64,000 nt of DNA from Candidatus Eiseniibacteriota bacterium (GTDB taxonomy: Bacteria > Eisenbacteria > RBG-16-71-46), in the NCBI GenBank assembly GCA_963725865.1, contig CAVSAC010000010.1, forward strand, positions 896,001 through 960,000, written 5' to 3'. The position numbers and the translations under genes are program-made. A model generated the notes under the pieces. It was not told the DNA's origin and searched no databases. It saw nothing but the letters and a program-made list of their open reading frames with translations. This document shows, one piece after another, positions 62,403 to 64,000 of this stretch; the stretch's first letter is position 1; every line of letters begins with the position of its first letter.

Positions 62403-64000
62403 AGCGACCGCCACTCGAGCTGACGATCGTCACGCTGTGGGTCCTCGGGGGCATCCTGCTCCCGGGCATCCCGGGCGCCTGGGGCGTGTTCCCACTGCTC
62501 GGCGTGATCCCCGGGCTGGTGGCGGCCCGCGCGCTGCCGCTCGCCGACGGGCCGCTCGCGCGCTGGGCGCTCGGACTCGCGGCCGCACCGCTGGTGACGA
62601 CCGTGGCGGCGTGGCTGCTGATGGCCGCGGGCCTGTCGCTGCCGCACGCGGGCCTGGCGGTCGCCGTTCTGGCGTGGCTGGCGTGGGCGCTGCAGGAAGC
62701 GCGCGCCACCGCCACGCCGAGTACGGAGAAGGGCGAGCGGTTCGTGTGGAAGTGGGCGCTCGGCGGCGCGCTGGCGATCGCGGTGGTGCTGTTCGCGAAC
62801 CCGATCCTGCGCGTCCGCGGGGACGCGTGGGTGCACGGCGGCATCGTGTGGGAGATCGTCGAGCGCGGACTGCCACCCCAGGACCCGCGCTTCGCGGGCC
62901 TCACGCTCAACTACGTCTGGTTCTACAACTACTTCATCGCGCTGCTCGCGTCGCTGCGCGGCGGCGATCCGTTCGTCATGATGGCACTGTCGAACGTCGC
63001 GAGCCTGTTCGCCACGTTGGCGCTCGGCGCCCTGTTGGCGCGCGCGTTGTGGGGCGATCGGCGCGCGATGATCGGCGGGACGATCCTGCTCGGGCTGGGG
63101 TACAACGCCGGCGTATGGCTGCTGTGGCCGACGCGGCTGCTGCGCGCGCTGGTCGGTCGCGACCACGGACCCGCGGAGCTGGCACGCGACTGGGCCGCGA
63201 TCCACTTCAACGACGCGCTGGTGATCTTCACGCTGAACGCACCCTTCTCGTACATGGCGAGCTTCCTCGACAAGTTCCTGCACGGGACCGCCATCAACGT
63301 CGCGTACCTGATGATGATCGTGTACCTGTGGGCGATGGTCCGCGCGCTCGACGGCGAGCGCAGCCGCGCCTGGGCCTGGGGCGCGGCGGGCGCGGCGGGG
63401 ATGCTGCTGTTCCACGGCGTCGTCGGACTCTCGGTGCTCCCGGTGGCGCTGGCGGCACTGGCGCTGGCGTGGTTGCTCGCGGGACGCTGGCGCTGGCTGC
63501 CGGCGCGCGCCCGGCTCGCAGGCTTCGGCCTCGCCACGCTGGCGGGCGCACTGCTGGCGGCGCCGTACACGCGCGCGATCTCGCGCGGCTGGGCGGCGTC
63601 CAAGTCGGGCCTGCAGCACTCCTACCTGCAGCTCGATCCGATGATGTGGTGGACGATCGTGACCGCGCTCGCGGTGGCGGTGTGGTTCGCCCGCTGCCCG
63701 CTGCGTCGCGTCCTCGACGAGCGCCGGGGCGCGCCGGCCGTGCTCGCGCTGTTCGCCGCCGGCATGATCGCGTTCTCCTGCGTGGTGTCGCTGCCGCTCG
63801 GCAACCACGTGAAGTTCATCGTCCAGGCGTTCGTGCCGCTGGCGGTCCTCGGCGGCGCGGCGTTCCACGACGAGCTCGCGGCCTGGCGCCGCCGCCTCGG
63901 CACCACCGGCGCGGTCGCGGTCTTCGCGCTGGTGCTGTGCGGTCCCGCGGTGCTCACGCTGCGCGGGTACCTGATCGATCCCTCCGGCGCCGCCGCGCCC
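62399..64000 (+). CDS. Polytopic membrane protein, GT-C-like; runs off the window end (absent from the ORF track)
   Basis: GTG overlaps the upstream TGA; frame reads [46 protein letters not shown].. with many TM segments. Confidence 0.7.
   Translation, partial: MKRPPLELTIVTLWVLGGILLPGIPGAWGVFPLLGVIPGLVAARALPLADGPLARWALGLAAAPLVTTVAAWLLMAAGLSLPHAGLAVAVLAWLAWALQEARATATPSTEKGERFVWKWALGGALAIAVVLFANPILRVRGDAWVHGGIVWEIVERGLPPQDPRFAGLTLNYVWFYNYFIALLASLRGGDPFVMMALSNVASLFATLALGALLARALWGDRRAMIGGTILLGLGYNAGVWLLWPTRLLRALVGRDHGPAELARDWAAIHFNDALVIFTLNAPFSYMASFLDKFLHGTAINVAYLMMIVYLWAMVRALDGERSRAWAWGAAGAAGMLLFHGVVGLSVLPVALAALALAWLLAGRWRWLPARARLAGFGLATLAGALLAAPYTRAISRGWAASKSGLQHSYLQLDPMMWWTIVTALAVAVWFARCPLRRVLDERRGAPAVLALFAAGMIAFSCVVSLPLGNHVKFIVQAFVPLAVLGGAAFHDELAAWRRRLGTTGAVAVFALVLCGPAVLTLRGYLIDPSGAAAP

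Overview
Very GC-rich bacterial chromosome segment, densely coding, with no CRISPR array, rRNA, integrase or transposase seen. The mix of signal-peptide proteins ending in an FlgD-Ig/T9SS-like C-terminal domain and others ending in a short (S/T)WGxxKxxYR tail resembles, from memory and unverified, Ca. Eisenbacteria/Latescibacterota-type lineages. 1-6 kb: three secreted proteins (a GH13 enzyme and a paralog pair). 6-14 kb: aminotransferase-pckA, an HNH gene, an AmgK-RapZ(C) fusion with MurU-like partner, and a HipA-like kinase/DUF3037 pair. 14-34 kb: a secreted beta-propeller, a GT-C/Tat/GMC operon, hbd-ackA, cytochrome c peroxidase, NfeD/SPFH, a folE operon, tRNA-Gly(GCC) and aspartate kinase. 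34-46 kb: a manC-SPOR-glmU-like-galT-glgA operon and a partly duplicated FG-GAP/Ig adhesin locus. 46-64 kb: a large divergent surface-polysaccharide cluster. About ten genes carry single-base frameshifts, most likely long-read consensus errors. Best novelty candidates: (1) a C-terminal (S/T)WGxxKxxYR motif found three times on unrelated sequences, a candidate sorting/anchoring signal; (2) a ~270-nt structured leader ending in an intrinsic terminator directly upstream of the polysaccharide operon; (3) a translationally coupled GT-C/Tat subunit/GMC oxidoreductase operon. All calls were made by eye, without database searches.
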